Shown piece after piece: positions 1 through 12,900 of a stretch of 64,000 nt of DNA. The DNA is from Geosiphon pyriformis uo1. Lineage: Eukaryota; Fungi; Glomeromycota. Numbering within the stretch: the stretch's first letter is position 1; each line of letters starts with the position of its first letter. The notes under the pieces were generated by a model. The model had not been told where the DNA came from and did no database searches. It worked only from the letters and a program-made list of their open reading frames with translations. The position numbers and the translations under genes were made by a program. Where the stretch lies: positions 569,639 through 633,638 of the forward strand of contig JAAOMT010000289.1 of the NCBI GenBank assembly GCA_016748015.1, written 5' to 3'.

Positions 1-120
1 AATCTTTTGAAAATTGAGTTTCAAATTTTAACATTTTAAATATTAAAGTCTTAATTTTTCTTGCTGGTGTTTTCACGTGATTGTGTTTAAATAAGATTCC
101 TGGAAAGCCTTTAGAAGCAC

Positions 121-203
121 GGTGATTTGGCCGAGTTGGTCTAAGGCGCCGCACTCAAGTTGCGGTCTCGAAAGAGGCGTGAGTTCGAATCTCACAGTCA
201 CCA
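121..203 (+). tRNA. tRNA-Leu (anticodon CAA), intronless, long variable arm
   Basis: Acceptor stem GGTGATT/AGTCACC with discriminator A. D-arm GCCGAGTTGGTCTAAGGC, anticodon stem CCGCA-CTCAAGT-TGCGG, variable arm TCTC-GAAA-GAGG, T-arm GTGAG-TTCGAAT-CTCAC. Confidence 0.96.
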
Positions 204-330
204 TATCTTCTATGCTCATTGTTAGTAAATTTCCTTAAAAATTCTGTATTTTAGCATTTTATAACAAAAGCCTTTTTCTCCTTATAACAAAATATTTCAG
301 TGATTATTTTACAGAAACTGCAATTCTATT

Positions 331-3300
331 TTAAGTAGAAGCTAAGGTGATGAATTTTCGCTTTTTTTTAGTTTTGGATTTCAATGCATCGATCTTTTCC
401 AACTCTTCATCGTCAGCATAATATTCGGCGGTTATATTTGCTTCCCAATCACGCTTTATGTATTTTAATGCTGCTAGATTGTATCCACACATATCCTTTT
501 AGAGTAAATAGGACATTAATAACGTGAGATTTTTAGAAAAATTAATTTCAAATATAAACCTTTTGTTGGCTCAATACTGCTCGGACATTTATTCGCAAAG
601 AATCCAACATTGGTCGCATAAGCCGATTAGCAACAATTTGATCATGATGGATACGAAGAAGATGGAACAATATTCGGCATGTTAAGGCAATATTCCATCC
701 CTGACCATCGAGAATTTTAGGCATTAATTTTAGGTAGATTGAAGTGTAATAATCAAACAAAACTTACCTTTGAAGCCCATATCTCTAAATAACTTAATAA
801 AGAAACAACCTTTCCAAAAGGTAAAACCAACAAAGATTCTTCTAACTCGGAAGATCTAATCTTCTCAATAGTTCTTAGTACATATTGCTCTGCAGTTAGA
901 TTCCCAAGAGCTATTAATATTGGATTCCGTTTTGGTGTACTACCAGGAGCTTGACCCTTGGCCTTGAGCTAATAGGATTGGTACAGAAATGATAAGCAAA
1001 AATTTGAAAAAATACATATAAGCACTTTATTTACCTTATTGAATGTTTCCCATGCGCTTTTATCATCATCTGCAATATCCAACGCCTCCATAATCTTTTC
1101 ACCTGATTTCAATGTTTCCATTGTTTGCTTACCAGCAGATGTGAGTTCAACGCTATCCTCAATTTTTGCTTGTTCAAATGAAGAGGTTATTGTTGATTCG
1201 TATAGTTTCTCCAATTCCTTTTCTCGCTCCTCTTCCAGAAAAAGCTGAAATCAATTTAGAAAGTTCCTTACCAATTATTGTGGTGTAGGATTTAGTGGAC
1301 TGAAAAATCATTTTAACAACATACCGGCTCATCTGTTTGCTCCCATACTCTAATAGACCGATCGTGTGAAGCTGAAACGACAAAGTCTCCTTTTTTGCTT
1401 ATCGCCAAAGTCCAAACCTCACCATGATGGCCTTCTAGGTTCATTATATTTTCAGACTAAATATTTGATAAAAAGGATTAAATATAGAGATATTAAAAAC
1501 AATAAAGTGATGAAACCAAAAACTCACTTTATCGCCATCCCAATATTTTACGAGTTTATCCTTACTAGCAGTAAAGAAAAAATGAGTGTTTTGCACAAAC
1601 TGTATTGCCATTATACTATCTTGATGAGCGAAAATTGATCTATGGCAATCTCCAAAGTCAAGACCCCATATTTTAACGTTCTTGTCAGCCGAACAAGTGA
1701 TGATCAATCGATTGTCTGAAGATATATCCATCGAGAGAACAGGTAACTAAAGCAGATTTAAATGAATTGTTCAGATTATAAGAAAAAGAATCCAAGATTA
1801 CTTCCCCTGAAAAATTACCTTATGCCCATATAGCGACAAGAAAAATTTTAATGAATCTTGGTAAAAAACTTTTACTGTTGCGTCCAATAAAGACACCGCA
1901 ATCAACTTTGAATTGGGGCTATATCTTACACACAATACATCATCAGTTACTTTTAATGTACGCGTATGTTGTAAAATGCGAGATGACTAAAGAATTGGGA
2001 GTTTGAAACTATCAATTAGTAAAGGTGAAGGAAACTTTGATTAAAAAAATACATATAGAAAATTCCAACATCATCAAAATTTCCACCAAACTCCCAGAAC
2101 TTGACTTGTTTATCGGCACTTCCTGTCACCAGCCCTTGTCCTTCTGGATAAACTTGCAGGGTCCAAATAGGCCCGTTATGAGCTGAAATTGATTCGAGCA
2201 ATGATGATGCTGCTATATCAAATATCTCTAGCTGTCCACTCTTAGTACCAATGACAACCTAAAAATATTTATGTCATAAGTTCTAGGTAAAAAGCTATTT
2301 CAATTAGATTTGTTATAAAAATATATTTACATGCTTTTTTGTGGGTAGAAATGCACTACACAGCGCATACCCACATTGTAGTGTACGAATACAAGAATTA
2401 GTTCTGATATTCCATATTTTTAGCATATCTATAAAGAAAATTCAGATTAATTATATATAATTCGATTCTTTATATACAAATATAATTTACCCATTGAAGC
2501 AGAACACAATAAAATATCATCTGCGCTTAGAGCTAGTGTTCTAATTTCATTTCGATGGCCAGGAATATCAACAGAATATAATTGAGAATGTGGCCTTTTC
2601 GCTTCCTTTTCAAACGGGAGATAGGCAGCATACACCTCAATCATATTATTTCTTAATGAGGTAAGAAGCTAGAAAGAGGGAGCCATTTTAACCCTTAATT
2701 AAAGATGAAATCATGAATGGATACTAAAGTTGACTTACATGTATTGCTCCAGCTTTCATATAATCGCCGTTAACAGCAAAATCAAACGAGCGTACTCTTC
2801 CAGATGTTCTAATGATCTCATAAGACGTGAATTCATCGGAAGCACGAATTTCTTCTTGAAAATCTATATCCATTCCATCAGCTGGTGGATTTTCAAGATC
2901 GGCTTCTTTTCCAACTTTCTTACTCTCCTTTAGTTTTTTTTCTGTTTCACGTTTACGTCGCCGACGCTGCTTCTTTTTTATTTCTTCATGTGTACGTAGT
3001 CGAAAAAGTTCTATAAATTTGTCTGGACCCTGAACACCTAAAAAACCAGCTCTAGGGTGAAACTTTAAAGTGCTAACGCGTGATTTGCTCTGCCTCTCTA
3101 CATTCCCATAGAAAATGATGGCCTTTCTAACCTATGTAAAAATCATTTGTATAATTATCACTCTAAAAAAATAAAAAAATAAAGAAAATGACAAACTTAC
3201 ACAGATTGATTTAAAAACGCACCTCGCTCTCCTCTTCGGTTTCATCGTGCGTTTGAAGACCTTTTTCAAGGATATTTTGATTAATTTTCCACACTTTTAA

Positions 3301-4268
3301 TTCCGGATCTCCACTTCCAGTCACGAGCAAAGTTCCACACTGGGAAATATCAAAATCCCAAACTTCACTTCGGTGTGCCACAACTGTCTCAATGCAATGT
3401 TGAGTACCCAAGTCCCATAATTTTAAAAGAGTGTCTTTTGAAGATGAAAGAAGATAACCAGGGGATAAGGTCTTAACGTCGGATTCTTGTCTTCCTAAGG
3501 AGGGCCTGGCGATAAATTGAATTGCGGTAATTTGATCTTTGTGACCACGCATTCTGTTGGTAATATTATTAATGTGGGATTATTTTAAGTTATTGGCCTC
3601 AAAATAACCGTCTTAGCCGAAAAAATTACTGATCAACTTGAAATAAAAATGTCCAAATGCTAACCTATAGAGCCCGACTTCACCTACAAGATCCCAAACG
3701 ATTAGATCCGTGTCTGATGATCCTGAGGCTAATCGTGTCCCACTTTTGTCAAAGCAAAGTGCCGTAACGGCACCACGATGTCCATTGAAAAGGACAGAGT
3801 AAACCGAGTTATTAATGTTCCATATTCTAATTGATCCATCAGAATACCTTTATGAAAGAGATGTTAGCATGACTTCGATTTAAAAAATAACGTATTGATC
3901 ATACACCAACCCAACTGCAAAGTCAACATTATTCGAACTTTTTTCTATGAAAGTCACTTCTGATTTGTTATCCATGTCATGCCAACGCGCAGTCTTTTGC
4001 AGGTGACAACGGATATATAAAAAGATAAAAACATATAATTATAAATAGATCGCTATAATTATTAGCTGTGTGTGATTTTAGATCTTAAAAGCCTATATTT
4101 TGATCTTAAACAGACCTCAATACCCCTTTTCAGGTCCCATATAACAACGTCTTCCAAAGCTGGTGATATTGCAAGTTTTCCTGTAACATCATATACAATA
4201 TTGGATAGCCAGCTCGATATCACACCAAAGGTTTTAAGAGGTTCATATCGAAAATAAGATTTCACCAT
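331..4268 (-). CDS. UTP12: U3 snoRNA-associated WD40 protein Utp12/Dip2 (WDR3 orthologue), multi-exon
   Basis: N-terminus [16 protein letters not shown] repeats [48 protein letters not shown]. Utp12 C-terminus [12 protein letters not shown]...GYNLAAL, ending [12 protein letters not shown] (TAA at 333-331). Confidence 0.93.
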
Positions 4269-4563
4269 AATTCAAAGCTTAACGCAATCTATTGGCATGA
4301 AAAGTTGAAAACTTCTAATTTTGCGATTTTCATCTAATCAAATGATCTTCCTCAACAGATTACAGATAATCTTTACACATGAGCAGATGGAAAATTTTTG
4401 ACAACCGTGAAAGTGACCTTTGGGTAAATATGCCTATGCAAATTCATTTTTAATGTTTCTATTGAATTACCCAGTCAAGTCCTTTCTTCTCGAGAAAGTG
4501 ACTAACCCTTTTCATTTACTCGTTAAAACATATCATGTCTTCTAAGTCGTTTCGTTCTTCCTA
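4269..4563. promoter_or_regulatory. Compact divergent promoter region between UTP12 and the decarboxylase
   Basis: Head-to-head ATGs about 295 bp apart. Contains ATTGG (CCAAT box on minus) and GAAAATTTTT (RRPE-like, typical of ribosome-biogenesis genes) near 4391-4399. Confidence 0.55.
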
Positions 4564-6708
4564 ATGTTGACCCGAAACTTGAGCCAAAAATCAGACGATC
4601 TTTCCCTTGATGCAGCAGAACTCGATTTCTTGTTGTCACAAATGAAAGAGATAATGGTTGAACGTACGGGTCTTTATGACTTTTTCGTTTCTGGTGATTT
4701 TCTGTTCGATCTGATGATTATAAATAATTTAAACTCTTAGATTTGAAGGCTAGCAGAGATCCTGAGGCATTAGTCGTCAACTTTAAACCACCCGAAGAAT
4801 TGATGGGATTAATGGATTTAGATTTACCATACAAAGGTCTTGGTTTAAAGGGTAATTTGTGAGTTAATTATGACTAGGTTTTTGAAATTTAATCCTTCGA
4901 AATACAAATTTAGCAAGTCTTCAACTATTAGGTCTTATACCACTCCTTCGGAATATATTACTTTACAGCGTGAACACATGGAATCCGCGGTTCTTAGATA
5001 AACTTTATGCAGGGACCAACCCTGTGGGAATAATTTCGGAAATGTTGATCTCGCTGTTAAATGCTAATTCTCATGTATATAATGTCTCTCCTGTACTTAC
5101 CCTTATGGAATACAGAGTTTCTGAAAAATTGGGCAAATTATTAGGAATGGGTGAGGTATTGTGTTTCCGGATGGAAAATTTTGCACGAATGGTATTTGGC
5201 AAATGAATCATAGTAATTAAATATAGTACTGTTTAGAAATGTGGTGGTATTACTTGCCCGGGTGGATCATTTTCGAATCAACTCGCGATGATCACGGCGC
5301 GTAATCACTTATTTCCCGAAATTAAAACCAAAGGTTACTGTGCTTTTGGAAAAAGGTTAACCGTATTCACTTCGAGTGCCGCACACTATTCAATTCAGAA
5401 AACTGCAATGGCTTTGGGGTTAGGTTCTGAAAATGTCATAATTGTATCATGTGATGAAGAGGGAAGAATGAAAACTGACGAGCTCGGCATGTTAATTTCG
5501 TTTTTCTGTACCTCCTTAAGGGTTATTTGAATAAATTTTTAGGCAGCTTCTTTAAATTGATTTTCTGTAATAACTTTGCCTATCTTTAATTTGCCTATAG
5601 AGCGCCTTATCAATATGTCAATTGAAAGATGTGAAACACCATTTTTTATCAACGCCACCGCTGGCACCACAGTTCTTGTATGTGGTAGTTTTAGTCTATC
5701 TAATTCTAATTCCTCCATTTTGATAGTCGCAGCATATTAACCTTCCTTTGTCAAAAGGGCGCAATTGATCCACTTCGAAGAATTGGTAAAATAGCCAAAC
5801 GTTACAAAATATGGTTTCATGTTGATGGGTCATGGGGCGGCAATCTCATTTTCTCCGAGAGACGAAGACATTGGTTGGATGGATCCCAACTGGTTTGTTT
5901 ACCTTCTAAGCTTCCCTTTTACTAAACATAATCAAAATTCACCTTTATTCCAATGAAATATTTGTAGGCTGATTCTTTTACTCTCAATCCACATAAAATG
6001 CTCGGCGTACCTCTGCAATGTTCTTTTCTTCTCGCATATGATCGTGATATTTTCACAAAATCAAATGCTTTAGGTGCAGGATATCTCTTTCATGGCAATA
6101 AATACGATCTGGGGGATGGAACGGTAGGATGTGGACGACGTCCTGATGCTGTAAAACTATTTATAGGTTGGAAAATATACGGTATTGAAGGCTATAGCGA
6201 GCGAATTGAGTATGCTTTCAGCATGGCGGGTTATTTGACATCGTTGGTGAAAAAAAATCCACGTTTCCGGCTCGTAATCTCTCCGCCAACTTTGCAGATT
6301 TGCTTTTGGTATATTCCAAAGAACTTCTCAACGGAACTTGAACACACTGATTACACTGCTTTTTCACGAAGATTATCTGTTGTGACAAAGGGAATTCATC
6401 GTCTTATTAGCCAAGAAGGCAAGTTTATGATTGACTACGCCCCACTCACTTTGGATTGTCGTGAAATACCGGTATTTTTTCGAGTAGTAGTTAATGCGCC
6501 GACAATAAATGAAGGTCATTTGGATGAATTGGTCGAGATGATTGAAAGAAAGGGAGAAACAGGGATGGAGTGGATTGAGCACAAAGAAACAGAAATCCCG
6601 ATATATGACTTTTCTTGCCCAAATAGCAAAGTATCTTCGAATGTTCTGAACGGAGCAGGATTGCATGTAAATAGAAATGTATCTGTAGTCGGAAACAATG
6701 TTTTTTGA
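4564..6708 (+). CDS. Group II PLP-dependent decarboxylase (glutamate / cysteine-sulfinate / aspartate decarboxylase family), multi-exon
   Basis: Spliced motifs VVNFKPPEEL, NPRFLDKLYAG, HYSIQKTA, PFFINATAGTTVLGAIDPL, WFHVDGSWGG, PLP-lysine NPHKMLGVP and GRRPDAVKL. Substrate cannot be assigned from sequence alone. Confidence 0.9.
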
Positions 6709-6915
6709 TAATCAAGGATTCCAGATTCAGTTGAATTTGTTATGTATAACAAAATTCATCCAAGAGAGTGATTCTTCCCTAATGTAGAAATTCCTTTATT
6801 TATTAATAAAATCAATTTGCTAACCTAATCCCATTAGTATAAGCACTTCCTAGAATGTATGCAAAACGTAATAGAAGAAAAGATCTTATTCTGTACACAA
6901 CATCCCATGAAATGA

Positions 6916-8019
6916 TTATGGTGTAGTTGAGGATGAATCTGAGGATATAGTCAATGGTGTAGTCGAAGGAGGAATTTCGTCTTTGCGCGGCGGAACAGAA
7001 TCATCATTCAAAAGTGTAGCAATTGTAGGTTTTTTGATTGGTGATGAAGGACGGCTAGGAGTGGGAGTGTCCACTGGAGACAAATTGTAAGTTGGTGAAC
7101 CTTCTTCAGGAGTAGATGATAATGAAGAGGTGAGTGAACTAGTTGATGAGAAATAATCCTGTTGCTCTGGTGGATCTTGTTTCTGAGTCGTTAAATTCTT
7201 TGGTATGTTTTTTTTCGAGATTTCTAAGCTAGTCAAACCACCGTTAGCAGATAGATCTTTTTTCTCTTTGCCACTTTCATTCGTTCCCGCTATTTGTTTG
7301 TCTTTTCGTCGTTTAGACTTCTCTGGAACCGTGGTTACCTCTCCCATCGCATCCTTTCGCACTTCTGTCTTCAGAGCTGTCTCTTCTGATTGTGGTAAGA
7401 GAGTAGCATTGGTTTCAATCTTTGCTTTCGCTTGGCGTTTCCTAGGTTTTGGCTCCTTAGGATCTGAACTATTAGTTGCCGTTTTTCTTTTCCTGGGTTG
7501 TTTAGTGGTTGTAGCAATCGTTGTTTCGGAACTAACCGCGTCTTTTTTCCGTTCTTTAGAGGTCGCATTGTTTGCTTTCTTTGCCTCTGGTGGATTCTTT
7601 CTTGGTCTTCCTGGACCCGGTTGTCTCTTTTTAGCTGGCTTTTCAGGTAAAAGACAAGGTCCATTTTTGAAGAACTCCATAAGCTGTTCTGGAGGTTTGA
7701 AAATTCCTGCTTTAAAGTATTCTTGCCGCGCGCTTGGTCTTGCAACTGCGTAAAATTCTGAAGGTGGTTGCGTTACTTTACTTTTGAGATGGTTTAAATA
7801 GTTTTCTGTTTCGACCACTAGAAAATTTTCGAAGGTCTCATCGTCATCAGGAATAAGAGGGAGTATTGAGGTTTTCGGTGTACCATTACTAGCAGCAGTT
7901 GGTTGTTGAATCAGTAGATCTGGAACGAAAACAACATTGTTTTCTGTACCATTGAAAGGGACTTCGAAGCTGAACTTTATAAGAGGCGCTTCAATATTGG
8001 CTTGGCTGTCTAAAGACAT
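6916..8019 (-). CDS. Uncharacterised Lys/Ser/Thr/Pro-rich nuclear protein with an AT-hook; 5' end uncertain
   Basis: Long open frame whose first ATG is at 8019 (MSLDSQ); the frame is open to an AG acceptor near 8074. AT-hook PGRPRK and NLS-like PRKRK/PKPRKR motifs in a disordered C-terminal half. Confidence 0.7.
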   Translation of the reverse strand: MSLDSQANIEAPLIKFSFEVPFNGTENNVVFVPDLLIQQPTAASNGTPKTSILPLIPDDDETFENFLVVETENYLNHLKSKVTQPPSEFYAVARPSARQEYFKAGIFKPPEQLMEFFKNGPCLLPEKPAKKRQPGPGRPRKNPPEAKKANNATSKERKKDAVSSETTIATTTKQPRKRKTATNSSDPKEPKPRKRQAKAKIETNATLLPQSEETALKTEVRKDAMGEVTTVPEKSKRRKDKQIAGTNESGKEKKDLSANGGLTSLEISKKNIPKNLTTQKQDPPEQQDYFSSTSSLTSSLSSTPEEGSPTYNLSPVDTPTPSRPSSPIKKPTIATLLNDDSVPPRKDEIPPSTTPLTISSDSSSTTP

Positions 8020-9059
8020 TTGCTGGTTCCAGAAATATCTAACTGATCGTGTCAACCGTGTCAACTTTAATAGCTACTAAAGTCACCTGACCTCAAAACA
8101 GGAGTTAATATATCATCTCAAATTTTCCTTGTAGCTACGTTTAAAATTCAATACAGCGTTAATCTAAAGTCATGCCTTCGTTAAGCACCTATGCTGTAAT
8201 TTCTTTAGGGTTTACTATTACTTATTTCTTCACAACATTAGCGCTATTAATGCCGAACTGGTGAGTAACCATTAGACGACTAAGGATTGCACGCCCACCT
8301 ATGAAAAAGGTGAAATCGAGGCGGCTCTTAGATAATATAGCAAAAAACTTTCTAACTTTATATGGGCTGTTTAGGTTGGTATTTTCACCACCTATACCTT
8401 GGCTTTCCACTGTTAATTATGGTCTCTTTGAGGTAATTTGACCCAAATGATCTCTAAGCATCAGAGAAGTTTTTTAACTTTTAAATTTCTGTGTTTGGAT
8501 TTTTCAATTATTAACAGAGATGTTCAGCATTCACTAATGGCTGCCATCCTTTTCCTGATCAAGAAAATGGTGATTGCGATGAAAAATATTTTTGCGATAA
8601 ATGGATAGCGGCTCGACTTGGCATGATTTTCGCTACTATTGTTGGCGGGTTGACGTGGTTATTTTTGTTACTTGTGTTAGTGAGTGGACGACAGCGTCGT
8701 GAGAAGTCCTGGGTTCTAGCTTCGATGTTGATGATGTTTCATGGTAAATTGAATTGTTGGAAATTTCAAAAATGAGTATTATTAATAATATATAAACTTT
8801 AATTTCGTCCTTTTTCAAAAGCTGTATTCCAATTCTTAGCCATCGGGCTAATTGCTCACCTATTTACCACAACCACCAGGTTCCTTTTTGCAACGAAATA
8901 CGACTTTTCATTCATTTTTGCTAATATATCTGCTTCGATTAGTGTCCTACTCTCAATCACTTTGTTGATGAACGGCCTCCTAGCACCTCCAGAGTATATC
9001 GCGCTCGCTTAATATATGATTCTGAATCAATTTAATGATCCAATCAAGTTCACTCGGTC

Positions 9060-9955
9060 AATTCATATTTCAATTTGGAACTTTTTTTTATTTAGTATGT
9101 GTAACCTTTTCACTTAGGTATTTTTTATGATTGAACTTTAATTTTTGACATAATATTATTTTTCTTCAACCTTTTTATATTTACATAACAAAATTAGAGA
9201 TCAAATTATTAATAAGCTTTATTCATTAAAAAGAATTTAAAAATGTCTTAATAGGTTGCAACCAGTATATTGTTCAATTTTATTATTAAAATATCTTATT
9301 AAGTTTATTTTATTATTTTATGTACAATTAGTTATTTAATACATAATTTTTGCAAAATTTTATTAATAAAATACAAAAAATTATTACTTTAAAATTATTT
9401 AGTCATTAGATTTTTTTAATTCAAAAAAACAAATTTAATAAATTAATACTTTTTTAATTTTTAATACAACATATTTAAATTTATTACAATTTGGTTTTTG
9501 AATTAAAATTTACAGTTAAATACTGTTTATAAAAATAATAAATTATTAATAGAATATTACAAATTTTATAACACATTAAATTTAAATTTATAATATATTA
9601 AAAGCAAAAATTGATTGTTTTTTTACAAAAAACTACTATTTAATTAAAAATTTAAAAAAACAAAATTATTAATTATAATATTATAATATTATAATATAAA
9701 AAAATTTTAATAATAATATTTTAAATATCTTAATTCTTTTATTTTTTTTGTTAAATTTTAATATATATTTAAATTTTTTAAAAAAAACTAAAAAAATAAA
9801 TTAGTAAATAAAAAACCAAGTAATTTAAATTTTAATACTTATTAAAATATTAATAATTATTAAATATAGTTTTTTAATATATTAATTTTAATATAAAAAG
9901 TTTTTTAAATTATAAAAATTATAATTATATAATTTTAATAATAATTAAAATTAAA
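9060..9955. other. Extremely AT-rich, CpG-free tract, probably a fully eroded transposon relic
   Basis: Abrupt switch from CpG-containing DNA to near-pure A/T with no ORF. It flanks the LINE block. Confidence 0.5.
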
Positions 9956-9956
9956 A

Positions 9957-12900
9957 ACTTCTTTTTTTTCTATATTTAAAATTTTTTAAAGAGCATTTTT
10001 TGAAAAAAAAAATTTTTATTTTTCTTAATTGTATTTTTTTCAATATTTTTTAAGTTAATAATCTTTTTGTAATAAATCTAAAAACTGTTTCAAGTAGTAA
10101 TATATCTAAAAAGAAAGTATTTAAAGAGATCTTTTATAATTCTGTTAATAGTATTTTTTCTCAAAAAAAAAGAGTTTTAGTAAACAATATTAAATACTTT
10201 GATAATAAAAAAAAAATTTTTTTAATTAAATCTGGTTTTAATAATAACATATATTCAGATATAGATAATAAATTTAATGATAATAAAAAAGAAAATACTA
10301 TAATAGAATTTAATAGTAGTTCTCTTTTTGGCTCAACTGCAACAACTTTCAAAGCTAAAAGATTTAATATTGATTTAAATAGTGGCTTTTCTATTGGTAT
10401 AACCAATTTTGAAATGAATAAAGATACAAGTCCTTTCTTTTTTTCTCTTAATATTTTTTTAACAAAAAGTAGATTGACTTAAAAATAGTAAAAACTCAAG
10501 TTGAAATGACTATTAAAAATTTTTTGCATTAGACATTAATTTTTCAGCTATGAAAAGAAAATTGGCAATATCAAAAACTCAGTTCATTAGAAAAAATTTT
10601 TTAACAATCAATAGTTTTAAAAAGGCTACTATCTCCTTAAAATTTGAAAAGATTATCCAATTAATGTTTACATTAGAAAAAGTATAAAAAAACTGCATTA
10701 TCGGCTAAAAATAAAGGAATTATCATAAACACTAATCACAAAAGACAAAGTATTATTCAGATTAGGTTATAGTTATAAAAAAAATTCTTATAAATATGTT
10801 AAAAAAAATAATTATTGCAGTTTTTTTTAAATTTGGTTAAGTAGTGTTAATCTGATTGCAATTTATTGGGCTGTAACAGAAAACTATAATAAAATTTACT
10901 GAATTAGCTTATGCAAATTAATTGGTAACAAAATGGTCATTTTTTATCAAAAAAGACTCAATACATGTGACAAAAGCTGTAAAAAATTGTGAAGTCTAAA
11001 CATTAAAAAATTGGTTTAAAGCACTTCTGTTTATGTTGCTTGTAAAAACAACTGCTTATAATCTTAGTACTTTATTAAAAAAGACTGGTAAAAAAACTTG
11101 CATTATAAACTGTTTATTTAATACTGGCAATAAAAGTTGCTATACAGTAATTGGCTTTGAATCAAAAGAGAAATTGGAATCAGCTTTTTGCACAGAGCCT
11201 ATTTTGAGTAGTGCTAAGTTCTCTTAAGCTAGGATGAATCTGGTTTGTTGTGAAAAGTGTAAGTGTTTTGAACATTTGGCTTTTGAGTATAATGTATTAG
11301 ATATTTGTGTCTTGTTTTTTAAGAAAATATATAAAAAAATTGCTTCTAAAAAAAATTGTTTTTAACTAGTTAAGTTATATGTCAAAAAATATGTTTTTAT
11401 TTTTTGTTTTGCTGTTTTTGGTAGCAAATCTTGAATACAAATAGTTTTATTTGCTTTTTTTTCTGCTAATATTTGCTCTAATTCTGGTTTTGAATTTCTT
11501 TTTTTTAGTATATCATGTATAAAAAAAAGTCTTGTAGTTATTTAAAATAGTTTATTCATTAATGCTTACTTGGCTTTCTTGAAATGCTTTCTAAAGCTTT
11601 TGGCTAATCAAGTATTAAGTATTGTATAAAAATTAAGCATTGTAAATCTGGTACTTCTAGTACTTATTTCTTAATCTTTGTTTTTTGTTTATTTAAATTC
11701 AAAATTGGATTTAGATATAATTTTAAATAATTTATTTGTATTATTTATTCTTTTTCCTTCAATTACAAATAATATAGTTTCAGATTTGGATTTGAATAAG
11801 TCAAAGATTCTAACCACTAAAGTAAGTAGATTGGAATCTAAAATAGTGGCTTTTGAAGTTTTTGTTAATTTAGTTTTAACAAGATTAGATTAGTTGTGTA
11901 CTGGCTTAAGTTTTTTGGTGTTTTTTTTATTTCAATAAGTAATTTGGTTTGAAAATTTGCTATTTGTAATATTTAAGATATTAATGTTTCTGCCAAGCAG
12001 AAAAACATTATTTGTTGGTATATAGAATTAGGAAATATGATTTTAATTATTATGAAAACAAAATTAAGATCTAGTATTAAGTCATAGATTATAAATAAGT
12101 TTAATAGGGTTAACATTTTTACTTCTGATCTGAATGTAAGTTTTTTTGGTATAGATATAATTATAATTATAAACAATTTTCTGGCTTAGTATGTTTTAAA
12201 GATAAATAAGATTCTGAGTTGTTTAATTTTAATCTATTTTTTGTTTAAAAACAAGTTTTTGATTATGATTTTAGGTTTATATGCTAATGTATTTGCTAGT
12301 ATACAATTTGATTAAGTTTTTAATATTAACTTTGTTATTTTCAAAGCTATTAACTCCAGCTTTTTTGTGATTTTGGGTGGTAATTTCAATAAAAATAGTT
12401 CTAAAAAAAGTGCTAACTTAAAGAAATGTTCAAATATAGATCTGATTAATTTATTTAAGGAACATTTTTTGGTAAAAGTTTTTATTTGAAATAACTCTAG
12501 AGGAGCCAAAAAGATTATTAATTATGTTTTTGTTAATAAAAATTTGTTGTTAATAGTCACAATATGTAAGACTGACACTATTTCTGAATTTTTTAATACA
12601 GATCATAAGACAATTGTAGTTTTAATTGGCCTAAAAAGTCTCTTAAATATATGTTTGAATAGTATTTACAACTAAACAAATAAAAATCACTAAAAGTTTA
12701 ATATCAAGAATGCACATAGTGCCAAATAAGCTTGGTTCAAAAAATATGTTTTATTCAAATTATTATTGATAATAAATAGATTTGCAAATGTAAAAGCTTT
12801 TGGTAAGTTAAATAACATATGAGATATTTTAAAAGAGATAATAGTAAATTCAATAAATGTTATTTTTTCTAAACATTGATTTAATAAATTCAAGTGTTTA

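Noticed and set aside
196-203. tRNA gene ending in CCA, suggesting a bacterial-type encoded CCA tail
   Set aside because: The CC belongs to the acceptor stem and the A is the discriminator base, so no extra CCA is encoded.
7205-7753. 182-aa hydrophobic plus-strand ORF and a 124-aa alternative-frame ORF
   Set aside because: They are shadows of the Lys-rich minus-strand gene and have no independent motifs.
7900-8019. Resemblance of FEVPFNGTENNVVFVPDL to the Hpc2 N-terminal motif
   Set aside because: No recognisable HUN domain (YDxxDxFIDD) follows, so the match is too weak to name the gene.
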